64,000 bases of DNA from Paraspadella gotoi (Eukaryota > Animalia > Chaetognatha): contig CM119269.1 of assembly GCA_051294375.1 (NCBI GenBank), positions 2,083,601-2,147,600 of the forward strand, in the 5' to 3' direction. The notes under the pieces are model-generated. The model did not search any database, was not told the origin of the DNA, and was given only the letters and a program-made list of their open reading frames with translations. The position numbers and the translations under genes are program-made. Below, in pieces: positions 13,849 to 25,493 of this stretch. Numbering within the stretch: position 1 is the stretch's first letter; every line of letters begins with the position of its first letter.

Positions 13849-16800
13849 ACGGTTCCTCTTCCTCTCCCCCAGGATCGACATCGACCAATCGGCTCGTCGA
13901 AAGGCTCAGATGTACTTCGGCGTCAAGGATCCCGACTACTACGAGTTCGAGGGTCACATCTTCATCGACGACTCGATGGAGGAAGACGACGACGAGGAGA
14001 TGATCCCCAACAAGTTCGTGGACCAGCTCCTCATGGTCATCAACACGGCGGCGAGCTCCGTTCACGGAAGCCAGATCACGGTCCCCGCTCCGGTGAAGAC
14101 GCCGACTCCTTACGGCGGCCGCCTGACGTGGACTCTGCCCGGCGGGAATTTGCTCATCGCTCATATGAAGGACAAGCACAAAATTAGGCACAGGAAGAGG
14201 TGGAGTCAGGTGAGTTAATGAAGCGCGAATTGTAATATAATTTATCCATTGTATTATCCTCCCTTAAGGTTTGCTTGTTTATTTGAACAGGTGATGTACA
14301 TGTACTACCTCTTGGGATATAGACTTTTGGGAGAAAACGAGACAGTAGACATCCACGCTCTTTACAAAGAAGTCGCCGACAAGAAGAAAAAGAAGAAGAA
14401 GCGAAGCAAGGTGAGGCATGAATAATTGGCAACGGAGGTATGCTATGGTTTAATTTCAGCTAAAGGTCAATTCGCAGCAAGATAAAACAAGGTCGAGGCG
14501 CAGCAATAATTAAAATCATTTAATCTTGGTTCCACTGTGGTTGATTGAAATCTCCGATTCATTAGAACTTCTTTCATTTCGACAACAAAAAAAAGGTCTT
14601 CAAAGGCTTCGGTCAACTCCTTCAAAACATCGACGACAAGATTCGGATGATGGCGGAGAACACCTTTCTTCTCACTCTGGACGGAGACGTGGACTTCAAA
14701 CCGGAGGCCGTCAAACTTCTCGTCGACAGGATGAGAAAGAACGCGAAGGTTCGTCGAAGGCGGCGATTGGCGTTTTTACTTACCTCCAAATCAGCATCGA
14801 CTCACCCTCTGTCTCACTCTCAAAACTCCATCCCCAGGTCGGCGCCGCCTGCGGCCGCATCCACCCCGTCGGGTCAGGCCCCATGGTCTGGTATCAGTCC
14901 TTCGAGTACGCCATCGGTCATTGGCTGCAAAAGGCGGCCGAGCACAAACTCGGTTGCGTTCTTTGTTCCCCTGGATGCTTCTCGCTCTTCAGGGGCAGCG
15001 CGCTCATGGACGACAAGGTTTGTACTATCTAGGAAAAAAGTGTATCACATTTTTAATAAAGGATATCTACTCAAAAACTGTTTCTAAATCTATATTGATT
15101 TTTCTTTCAGTCGCTTCCTTCCATTTTTTTTTGTAGGTCAAATCGTTTAGAAATTAGAGGCAAAAAAATATTGTTATATGGCAACGGGAGGATAGCCTGT
15201 GATACCCGGGGCGCGGGGTATCTCACCAACTGGCATAAGGGCTGCGGACCCTCAGTGACCGCCTCCTGTCACTGGCATGTTTATACCGGCACCGTCACAT
15301 TTAAGCCAGAACCGGGATACCCAGGGATTGAACCCGGGACGCTCGGATGGAATGAGATGATTTAGCCTGCTCAGCCATTGAGACGAGGCTGAGGACGGAC
15401 AGCAGTGAGGCAGCTTTAAGTCTTGCTGCCACAGTTACTTCAAATTAAGAATATCAAAAAAAAATCATATTTAGTTTTTTAACATTTTTGATATTTAGTT
15501 ATTTATTTTTATTTCAAATAGAGTTTGTTATTTTTTTAAATTTTTTAAAAATTTGGTAATGCTAAAGGCCTTACACCTTTTTTTGGTTCAAAAAAGTACT
15601 ATTTTTGCTCTCAGAAAAGAGGGAAAGATGTGATATACTATTTTCCTAGATAGTAAGATGGAGAGAAGCAGGTTAAAGGGGTCGTCGGATTAGGAATAGG
15701 AATAACGCCTCTTTCACATTCACCCGCTCAGGTTATGCGTCGCTACACCACAGTATCGAGAGAACCTCGTCATTACGTGCAGTACGATCAGGGTAAAGAC
15801 GAATCGTTTTAGTTTTTAATAAGTTCTGTCTTGAAGTTTATTTTCTGCCCTCTGTCGCGCAGGCGAGGATCGCTGGCTTTGTACGCTGCTGCTGCAACAG
15901 GGATACAGAGTGGAATACTGCGCTGCCTCCGACGCCCTTACCTACGCGCCGGAGACTTTTAAAGAGTTTTTTAACCAGGTATGTTGAGGCAGATTACAAA
16001 TAGATCGTCAGAAAATATTACCCTGATTTATCATCGGATTATCTTACTATTACCGCTTTAATTATCGTAGGCAGATCCGACATTGCTCAAACTTGTTTTA
16101 ATGCATTTTTGGATCCGTTATTAAATTTTTTTTGAAATACGCAAGAATGATTGAGAAATCGACAGATTTACCAGAAAAACTGTTTCTACAATGATGCGGT
16201 CGCCGACCAAGTAAATTTTATGCCGAAGAGAGATCCCACTTTACAACGGGGAGGTGGTGACGCGCCTTTGTAAGCGAGTTAACGCGCCTGGAAGCAGTGG
16301 AGGCAATTTCATAGCGGGAATTCCATCTCGTCGCTGATGCTAATCGACGAGGATGTCCGCTCGACTCACCCCCTTTACCGGAAGTCGAGTGCTCCTCAAA
16401 GTCCGCGGTCGACATTCGTGCGTGATTATCGACCACCGCCATCGGACTCTGAGGAAGCGAATGCAATCTCGTTGTAGCTCCAGGCGATACTTCCCGATTG
16501 CCGGCACCTGCTTCCTTTTAATTTTTTGTTTGTTTTTTAGTCGGATCTGCTTATCACAGATTCCCACTCTATAATTCACTTTGTCGGTCCGTCGGTCCTA
16601 CCCCTAAATCTTGTCGGTAAGTTACTTTGATCATGTCAGAACATCAAATTATGTTAAATTATGCAAAAAAACTAAATCCGTCCGTCCGTCCATCGATTGG
16701 ATGGATGGATTGGAATGAAATTTTGTGTGTGGGTAAGTAAGTAAGTAAGTAAGTTTTCCAAATTGTGCAAGTTGACCAAATTAGGTCAGTTGACCAAATT

Positions 16801-19800
16801 ATGCCAGTTGTTCCTATTATGCCAGTTGACCAAATTATGCCAGTGGACCAAATAATGCAAGTTGACCAAATTATACAAATTGACCAAATTCTGCCAGTTG
16901 ACCATACTATGCCAGTTGACGAAATTATGCCAGTTTAACAAACTTTGCCTGTTGACCAAAAAACATCAACAATGCCCACTTCTTTTTCAGCGCCGTCGAT
17001 GGATTCCGTCGACCCTCGCCAACATCATGGATTTGTTGATGGACTACAAAGACACCATCAAGATCAATGACAGCATCTCGTTGCCCTACATTGTTTATCA
17101 GGTAGGAGAGTTAAAAAAAAGAAAAGAAAAGAAAAGAAAAGAAAAGAAAAGAAAAGAAAAGAAAAGAAAAGAAAAAAAAAGAAAATAAAAATAAAAATAT
17201 AAAAGAAAAGAAAAGAAAAAAATAGAAAAAAATAAAAAGAAAAAAAAGAAAAGAAAAATGAAAAAAAGAAAAGAAAAAAGAAAAAGGAAAAGAAAAAGAA
17301 AATAAAAGAAAAAGAAAAAAAAAGAAAAAAAAGAAAAAAAAAGAAAAAACAGAAAAAAAGAAAAAAAGAAAAAGAAAAGAAAAGAAAAAGAAAAAAGAAA
17401 AAAAGAAAATTAAAAAATAAAAAATGAAAATAAAAAAAAAAATTAAAAAAAATAAAAGAAAAGAAAAAGAAAAAAAAATAAATAAATGTAACTACTAAGT
17501 AAACAAACTAATAACTTAAGACATCTACATCCTCTTTCAGATGTTCCTGATGGTCTCGACCATCCTCGGACCGGCGACGGTGTTGATGATGATCGCCGGC
17601 GCCTTCAACGCCGTCTTCGGAACCAATCTCTACGAATCCTTCTCCATGGCCGTCGGTAATTTAGGGAATTCTAAACCCGCTCGGAAGTCCTTTCTTGCGA
17701 TGGTCTAAGTCGGCGATTCCTTTTATTTTTTTTGGTTTTTTTTGTTATTTCAGGCCCAGCAGGCGTGTTCCTCATCATCTGCCTGACGACGAAATCCGAG
17801 ACGCAGCTCAATCTCGCCGCCTTCATGTCCGCCTGTTACGCCGTCATCATGATGGCGGTCATCGTAGGAACCACTGTGCAGGTCAGTCCTCGGTCGAAAA
17901 ACACTGTGCTGAAAAGTTTGATAAGGACAACGATAACATTAGTGACGACGCTTTTAGATTGTCGAGGATTCGTGGACTTCACCCAACGCCATCTTCTTGA
18001 TGCTCTTGGTCGGCATCTTCCTATTCGCCGCCATCATCCATCCACGGGAATTTTGGTGCATCGTGCCAGGGCTACTCTACTTTCTCTGCATCCCCGCTGG
18101 GTGAGATTTTTTTTTTTAGTTCTGTTTGATTGATTGATAACTAATTTGATTGATCAATGATCAATGATCATCAAAAATTCCCAATTTTTCAAAAAATTAA
18201 TTCTTTTTAAACCAAAGATCTTAAAAGTTTAATTTTTCTATTTAAACTTCGTACTTTTGTCTCAGGTACCTTTTGTTGATAATCTATTCCCTTTGCAACC
18301 TCAACATCGTCTCGTGGGGAACGAGAGAAGTAGTGAAAAAAAAGACTAAGGCCGAAATCGAGCGTGAGAAACAGATGGAGGAAGAGAGACAGGTGCGATT
18401 CGGTTCTTTAAATTAATTTCGGCGAAATATTGTTTTATCANNNNNNNNNNTGAAAAAAAAGACTAAAGCCGAAATCGAGCGGGAGAAACAGATGGAGGAA
18501 GAGAGACAGGTGCGATTTGACTCTTTAAATTAATTTTGGCGAACTGTTGTTTTTATCATATTGGAGAATTGCCTCTCCGTATTGACCCAGGCTCGAAAGC
18601 ACATCGACGAAACTGGCATCAAATGGCTTTGGGTCAAAACTTGTTCCGTAATCGGAAACTTCATGAAGAAGTGGTGCGGACTGGGAAATTCTGACCTACA
18701 GGTACGCTTAATGATAACAAAATTCCACGAGGAAGCATTTTATTTTAGAAATTTTAGTATTATCGGCATTAAACTAATCCAGTCGTTATCAAATTTAAAC
18801 AAAGTAACTTATTAAAAGATATATTTGATACATTTAAATCTCCAAATGGCTCTGCAATAGGACATTCTATTAATCTATTACATTGATAGTTAATGATTTT
18901 TAGCCAATGAATGAATTCGAATTCGTTTGCTGTAATAAATGTAAATGAGAATAGCTTGTTTGTAGAGATAAAATTGTTTCATAAGATAAAACATTTTTTT
19001 ACGTTTCCCTCGTCTTTATCAAACATCTCTCCCGCTTAACTCCGTCGCAGGACGCCTACCTCAACAAGATCATCCACACCCTGGAGAAGATCGAGGCGGG
19101 ACGCAGCGGCCGTCCGAAGCCCCGTACGCCGGACGAGCTTCGGGAACGGCCCAAGACGGGGCGAAGCGAAATGTCTTCGCAGCCGCCGCGGACGCCGGGG
19201 GCGAGCCGATTCGGACGCAACGACCTCGTCAACCCCAAGTGGCTGGAGCACGGGACGGTCTCCCAGAGTCCCGTCCAGTACCTCAACGATCACGAGATCG
19301 TCTTCTGGCAAAACCTCATCGCCAAATTTCTCCACCCGCTCAACAAGGATGCCGGCCACGAGGCAGCCGTCAAGTGCGCCCTCAAGAATCTCCGCAACTC
19401 CGCCTGCTTTTACTTCTTCATGATCAACGCTCTCTGGATGGTCGTCATCTTTCAGCTGCAGTTGGTGCAATACAAATTGAAGTCGAAGCTGTTCATTCCG
19501 ATTCCGAGGTGAGTAATGGCAACAGTTGAAAAAAGAAAAATTGAAATTAAAATTAAACTTGACCTTGGACAGATTCAAGTACGTCTTATGGGCCTTTTCG
19601 TCTAATAATACTTAGTGGGTGAGAGAAACAGAAGAGAGAAGAAGAGAGAGGCAGAAGTGACAAAAAACATTACCTAAAAATAGAAACAAAGAAAAAACAA
19701 AGAAACTCAAACTCAAACTTTAAAAACCTGTATACTATGATACAATTTTCGATTCTGTAGTATAAAAAAATATATTTTTGAAAGTTATAAGGTATAGATT

Positions 19801-22800
19801 TTACACTACCAACTGTGCAAAGGTATATTTTTTTAAGAAATTATAATCAATATTCCTGAATCAATTTTTAACGGGCTTTCTTATGATACCCATATTAGTA
19901 CTGGGTGTGAGGCATCTCCCGACAGCTGGCGCTCAGGGCTTAGGACCTGCAGTGAACAGTGAACACTGAACACCCCATCGCTGGCGTGACTATGCCGACA
20001 CCATCACTTAAATTAACCAACGTGTTCATGAGGGTATTGAACCCGGAACGGGTACTTAGCTGTCCAAGCTACACGGGAGGTGATTTATCAATCGCACAAC
20101 ACCCGTCACAAAACTAAAAGAACAACCAATGTTGAAGCAAAAAAAACTAAAAAAAATATAAAAAAACTAATAATTAATTAATTATCCGCGTTTTTTTATC
20201 CCCACCTTCTATCTGAAGACTCCATCAAGAGGATCTCCGGCCTCGAGCCTCTCGGCTTCCTCTTCCTCGCCTTTTTCGCCACGATTCTCGTCATTCAATT
20301 CTTCTCCATGCTGTGGCATCGCTACGGAACCTTCCTCCACATCATCGCCTCGACCGATTTGCGTTATTGTCAAAAGCGCGTCGCCTCGGGCCGGATGGAC
20401 GCCGAGGAGGCCGTGCAGACGGTCAAGCAGCTGCAGCAGTTGAAGGTGAGGCTCGGGATTTATTGTTTATTCCCGTGTGAATCTTCGCTAATCGCTCCTG
20501 ACCGCACCAGGGCATCGACGACGAGGATCTCCCGACGCCCGACTACGAGACCGACAGCGACGACGGCGTCGGCGATGTCGGCGGCGGCGTCTTGCAGATG
20601 GACGGCGACAAACCCTACGTGCTGCCCGTTATCCCCAACATGCACGTTCTCGACATCAACGGACCCGGCGGGCCGCCCGGATCCCCGCTGCCCGCTGACA
20701 GCCGCCCACCGACCGCAGCCGCCGGTCAATCGGGCGCCGTCAACTGGCACCACAAGAACAAGTGTCTGCAAGAGATACCCAAGGCACATCTGAAATCTTA
20801 CGGGCGCCACTCGCTCGACGAGGTCTTCCGGCGTCGATGGAACGCCATCACCAACGCCTCTCGAGATCCCAAGCAACGCGGCGCTCTGAAGGACGTGTTC
20901 GTCAGCGACGCCGTGGCCGCCGCAGCCGCAGCCGCCACGGCGCCGGAAGTGCTTCCCGCGCTGGAACGGCACGTCGGCAACATCGGCCACACCCCGGGAT
21001 ACAACGATCAGTTGGCGGCGCCACCGGACTACAGCGACGCCGACTCGGACTCGGAACGACGAGCTGAAGACGGAATTGGGATGACGCGGATCACTTCCTC
21101 ATCTTACGACTACAACGACACGACGGACAACAACGAGGACGACGGAGTGCAAGGGGATTACATGTGAGTTTTTCAGGTCTAAACTAGAATACATCAACTC
21201 AAAATATTCTAAATGGCGTGCTGCCGAAATAGCTCAGTTGGGAGAGCGTTAGACTGAAGATCTAAAGGTCCCTGGTTCAATCCCGGGTTTCGGCATTCCT
21301 TTTCTTTTAAGCTTGAGCAATAGAGCGTAGTGAAAGTTACGTACGAAAATTCTAAAAGTCAATTATGAACAACATACCATCAGTGAACATTAACTTGCAA
21401 AAAAAAATTATTTTATGTTTTTTTAATTTTTGCAGTAGGCTATATTTATATATAGTACTATCCTTATAAAATCGTCAAAAGTTGATAGAAGAAAATATAA
21501 CTCATTTTTAAAAATTCTATCAACTTTTTATGACGAATCGAAATCTGCAAAAAAATCTTAGAAAAAACTGTTTTGAAATTTTAACATTTATTGGATTCGT
21601 ACTATGTATGAATATGGCATAAATGTTCATTAGTATAATGTTGTTCGTTCCTCACTTTTAGAATTTTAATTAAAGTTAAATTTAGAAATTTTACTACGCC
21701 TTGTTGTCAATGAGCATGAACTTGAGTATCTCAATTAAATAAGCAGGAAAAGATATAAGCATCGGTGGTTCAGTGGTAGAATGCTCGCCTGCCACGCGGG
21801 CGGCCCGGGTTCGATTCCCGGCCGATGCATTTTTTGTTTCTTAAGATATCATTCAGGCCTCTTGTAATTTTTTATTTTATACAGTTGACACGTCCTTGGT
21901 AGTATAATGTTTAGTATCCTCGCCTGTCACGCGAGAGACAGGCGAGGATATTATAAAATATTTGTCAGTATATTTATTATTGGCCACCTGCAGAACGAAT
22001 ACGACCATCTTTTTTGATCCGATTACAAATAAGTATCTCGTGCATCCAGACTCGTCGATATTTAGCAGTTTTGCCTTCGGTTTTTTTTACCTTTTGTTTT
22101 ATAAGCAGTTGTGGCCGAGTGGTTAAGGCGACTGACTATGAAATCAAGTTTACGGTCTCCGTGCACAGGTTCGAATCCTGTCAACTGCGCAAATTTTTTT
22201 CGGAATTCCTTTTAATAAATAACAGTAGATGACTTGTACTTTACTATTTTGTACCACCCCAAAGACGTTGTTGTTTTGCCTAAAATCGTCATTAATTAGA
22301 TAATTTTAACTTAATGAGTAAAAAATTTCTTAATCTTATTTTAATTAAATAATTAATACGATAATGTCAAGAATTTTTTTTAACTTACCATTGCATTGGT
22401 GCCTTTCATCACGAGATTTTTTATTTGTTGACAGGTGAAGGAAAACTAAAACGCTAAGCCTCATACCATTTTCAGATATGAAGAAAAATGATCATTCAAC
22501 ACTTACAATAACCAGTTGGTCACTATTGGCTTCGATCGTTGAGGTCGATCGTACAAATGGACGGTTCCCAAGTGATGACTTCATATTTTTGGATAATGAA
22601 ACGTTCGTTTTCTAACGGATCCGACATTAATTCAGTCAAATTTTAAAAGTATTCTCTCTTGGGATCGAACCTTGGTCCTGCCGCGTGAGGTCCACCTCAT
22701 TCAACCGTTACATTCTCTTCGCTTTTTTCAACTTTCGCGTAGTAAACATTTTTAATTAGTAAACATTAGTACTATATTAATTTGAAAACATTTATTTTTG

Positions 22801-23859
22801 TTTAATATATATTCATCCTCTCTTCCTCTGTCTCACTTCAGATATCGCGATAGCGGTTATGCCGACTCGGACGGAGGCCGGCGACATCTCATCAGCGCCG
22901 ACGCCGCCGGCCCCTCCTCCTCCAGCAACAGCAACTACTACGAGGATCCCGAGCAATTCCGCGATGACCGACGCCACATGAGCGTGGCAAACGGAAGCGG
23001 CCTCTCTGGAAACGTCGCCGGCGTCACGCCCCCATCCGGCCGTGAAAATCCGGCCTTTGTGGCCGACTACGACGACGATGACGACGACGGCGTCCGCGGC
23101 CGCGTGCCAGACAGCAGTCTCAGCTCCTCCAGCGCCTCCAGCAGCCGATGCAGCGGAATCCCCGGCGGCGCCAGCGCGGAGGCTGCTGATGCGGCGGCCT
23201 CTCGACGCCGCTTCGAATCCAACATTCCCGAGCAACCCACTTACCCGGCGCCGGGTTATCACCATCTGCAGCACGACGACTCTCATCTGGAAGTCCCGCC
23301 CGCCGATTACGACGACGACGATGATGACGACGATGACGACGACGGTCGATGGTCGTCGCGCGATCAGCCGCAGGCGACGTCTTTCGGATGGAACCGCGAC
23401 GTGCTTCCCTCCGACACTTCCTCCAATACGGAGGCGCAAGACGTCGGACGCAATCGCCTCGACTACGGATGGAATCGGAGCGTCCTCCCTTCCGACTCTT
23501 CCTCCAACGTCTTCCCGCCTCCGCCGCAGGAAGTCCTCGATGACCTGGACGGCCCTATGCAGCATATGCAGCAGCGTCCACCGTATCCTCGTCGCGCCCC
23601 GTCCGATTTTGACGACGATGACGACGACGAAGACGACGTGGACAGCGTCTCCACTTACGCACGGAACGCGCCTTATCCCGACTATCCCCTCGACGCTGGC
23701 CAACCTTCCACGTCCTACGGTTACGCCGGCAGAGAATCCGCGCTTCCGCCGCACATCCGCGGCATCGACGTCGACGCCTCGTCGCTCAGCAGCAGCCACT
23801 ACAGCTACAACACCACGTCCGACGTCACCAGGGGGAGGAACGACTACAGCCGCTTGTGA
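1674..23859 (+). CDS. CHS: Chitin synthase (GT2 family, metazoan type), ~28 exons; the 5' end may lie further upstream
   Basis: Exons approx 1674-1819, 2182-2338, 2890-3100, 3259-3396, 6862-7026, 7614-7814, 8024-8222, 12100-12246, 12426-12873, 13162-13285, 13375-13509, 13585-13781, 13873-14209, 14291-14410, 14606-14748, 14838-15017, 15732-15792, 15863-15978, 16991-17101, 17541-17655, 17754-17881, 17958-18100, 18266-18391, 18591-18701, 19051-19508, ~20219/20232-20445, 20511-21163, 22842-23859. Hallmark motifs: CATMWHE, KIRHRKRWSQVMY, LDGDVDF, EYAIGHWLQKAAEH, CSPGCFSLFR, QYDQGEDRWL, QRRRW, SWGTRE, LEPLG, plus the N-terminal TM block (GWWENF, ACKLCMQRFSFAFP). Confidence 0.96.
1962..2098. mobile_element. 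Small non-autonomous element (MITE-like) with ~15-bp internal tandem repeats and a 9-bp target-site duplication
   Basis: GATTGTTAC at both 1953-1961 and 2099-2107; ends GGT...ACC; internal repeats of the type TACGTGGGCGCAAT. A 9-bp TSD is typical of Mutator/foldback elements. Confidence 0.55.
2349..2872. repeat. Intronic minisatellite (AATGACAAATGCAATAACGACAATGACGATGACATTCTGTAAAAGAT-like unit) spanning an N-gap
   Basis: The unit is visible on both sides of the gap and as many noisy copies at ~4618-5040. Confidence 0.8.
3840..6110 (+). repeat. Indel-rich duplicate of ~1530-3814 (first four CHS exons); probable uncorrected long-read/gap-fill artefact
   Basis: Colinear with 1530-3814, with dense 1-nt indels in both exons and introns; starts right after an N-gap. 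Confidence 0.8.
8786..11817 (-). CDS. F-box protein (probable F-box/LRR-like), nested antisense in CHS intron 8223-12099
   Basis: Exon 1 (11435-11817) has the F-box signature LINRDILENIFRNLGAEDLGAIAGVARAWRDEV. Further exons at ~11187-11362, ~10709-11040 (LPHLRNLTLWYC...APNLE), ~10466-10538, several in 9540-10097 (FTSLKKLAF, LEELHV), 9359-9459, 9022-9084 and 8786-8949 (ends ...GGFTIM*). Internal boundaries are approximate. Confidence 0.75.
15300..15385 (-). mobile_element. tRNA-derived SINE-like remnant in a CHS intron
   Basis: The minus strand carries a B-box (GGTTCAATCC) and an upstream A-box-like TGGCTGAGCAGG; no intact cloverleaf. A similar remnant lies at ~20030-20080. Confidence 0.4.
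16755..16960. repeat. 18-bp tandem minisatellite (GTTGACCAAATTATGCCA)n
   Basis: About 11 imperfect copies just upstream of the QRRRW exon. Confidence 0.85.
21223..21295 (+). tRNA. trnF-GAA: tRNA-Phe(GAA)
   Basis: GCCGAAATAGCTCAGTTGGGAGAGCGTTAGACTGAAGATCTAAAGGTCCCTGGTTCAATCCCGGGTTTCGGCA, a canonical 73-nt eukaryotic tRNA-Phe followed by T-runs (Pol III terminator). Confidence 0.97.
21759..21829 (+). tRNA. trnG-GCC: tRNA-Gly(GCC)
   Basis: GCATCGG...CTGCCAC...GGTTCGATTCC...CCGATGCA, a 71-nt canonical cloverleaf with a T-run terminator. Confidence 0.97.
21893..21950 (+). pseudogene. Truncated tRNA-Asp(GTC) pseudogene with a fold-back 3' end
   Basis: TCCTTGGTAGTATAATGTTTAGTATCCTCGCCTGTCACGCGAGAGACAGG matches the 5' two-thirds of tRNA-Asp; the T-loop and 3' acceptor strand are missing. 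Confidence 0.75.
22105..22189 (+). tRNA. tRNA-Ser-type gene with an aberrant anticodon arm (possible pseudogene or sequence error)
   Basis: Perfect acceptor stem GCAGTTG/CAACTGC, T-arm ACAGG-TTCGAAT-CCTGT, long variable arm ACGG-TCT-CCGT and discriminator G. The anticodon loop is 8 nt (CTATGAAA) and the stem has a bulge. Confidence 0.75.
22652..22716 (-). pseudogene. Degenerate tRNA-like (Val-CAC-like) or SINE remnant
   Basis: The minus strand reads TGTAACGGTTG...CTCACGC...GGTTCGATCCC; stems are not intact. Confidence 0.35.
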
Positions 23860-25248
23860 TGAAGAATGGGGTCGAGAGAAGAGGGGTTGTGAAAGATGGA
23901 AGATGGAGATGTGAATGGATTGATGGGTGAATGGAATTCTGGTTTATGACAACTGATGTTATCGTCGTTAATGATAAAGCAGATAGCGTAACAAAAATTT
24001 ACCGCACAGAGTGTTTCAAATCCAAACTTTTTTACCTTTTTTCTTAACTCGCGGTCATATACTAAACTATATTTTTTTTTTTTAAACTCTAATTTTTCTC
24101 AAGTTTGTTCATTTGATTCACCTCGTTATGGACAAGAGTCTAGTGCTCGAACACTGGTTTTTGCTCACCACCAAATGCCCAAACATGACCTAGTCATTGC
24201 GCCTTTTATTGACTGTACAAAAAGCTATCTTCTACTAGATTATCTTTATTTCCTGTAATTGTTTATGTAGCTAGGCTTTTTCATTTCTTCTATCCGGCTG
24301 TATGTTTGTTAAAATGTTTTTTTGTTCTTAGCATACTTCTTTTTCAAACCGTGTAATTCGTAAAAATATTCATAAACGGTGGTCATATTTTGTTCAGAGA
24401 CATTTAACGAATATCAAGAGAAAAAGAAAACATAGTGTGAATTTGATTTGTTTTGGTATTTGGTGCTTAACTTTTAATTTACTGTGAAAATTATGCATGA
24501 CGATTTTGAAAAACTAGTCAAAATAAATATTTTTGGCAGCATTGGTTAGCTCCGGTTGTCCAAGCGGTCATGATATAAAAGTTAACAGTTATGATTTTAT
24601 AATCTTTTATCCTTTTTAAAAATGTTTTGACGAACAGGGTCTTGTAATAAAAATTTTGAAAAGAGATTAAGTATTTTTAAATTTTTTGTCAAAAAGAAAA
24701 AAAATTAATGGCTCTAATATTCATTTTGATTTAAAATACATTTTTTTAATCGACCCAGTTTTTTTTTAAATTTATTTACAATTGGTTTAGATTGTAAAGA
24801 TTAGATTGATTGACGCTCTTGTGGGTTTATCTTCCACGTTCAGCTTTTGAGCAAGTTCATCGTTTGATGACGTTGTCGTCCTGAAGACAAAAACCAAAGC
24901 ATTTATGGTAGGAAAATATTATTTAAATGAAGATTCATTTTATTTAATATGATCTCAACTTTAAAAAAAAAACAACAATTGAATGAAGAGTACAACAGTA
25001 TTTGTTTTGTTTTGGAATACCTCTCAATTTAATATTTGGTAAATTTATTTTAAATTCAAAATTCACGAAACGAATGAACGATAGAAATCCCGCCCGCTTT
25101 TGTTTTACGGTGACACTCTCTATTCACCTCTTCCTTCTCTTCTCTCCTTCACACTGTCTCCCATTCATCCTCCAATGCGACTCATTCATTATTTGGGCGA
25201 GGACCGCCTTTCAACGAGGCCGCCGCACAGGAAACTCCCTTGGGTCCT

Positions 25249-25321
<73 letters not shown>

Positions 25322-25413
25322 TAGACACGGCGGCGCCGAGACCGACAATAACTTTAGCATCCGTGACCATGGTGAGAGAATTCCATTCCTGGAAGAACTG
25401 GGCTTGGTAACCC

Positions 25414-25493
<80 letters not shown>

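Noticed and set aside
16755-16960. Regular short repeats resembling a CRISPR array (also 2349-2872 and 4618-5040)
   Set aside because: Head-to-tail minisatellites without unique spacers, in eukaryotic introns, with no cas genes.
18451-18560. Apparent tandem duplicated CHS exon (KKKTKAEIEREKQMEEERQ)
   Set aside because: Partial copy directly after a 10-N gap with a few SNPs; an unmerged contig or allele overlap.
22813-23914. Long overlapping ORFs (328 aa minus, 290 aa alternative plus frame) over the last CHS exon
   Set aside because: Shadow ORFs of GC-rich GAC/GCC-biased coding sequence; only the 22842 frame is splice-compatible.
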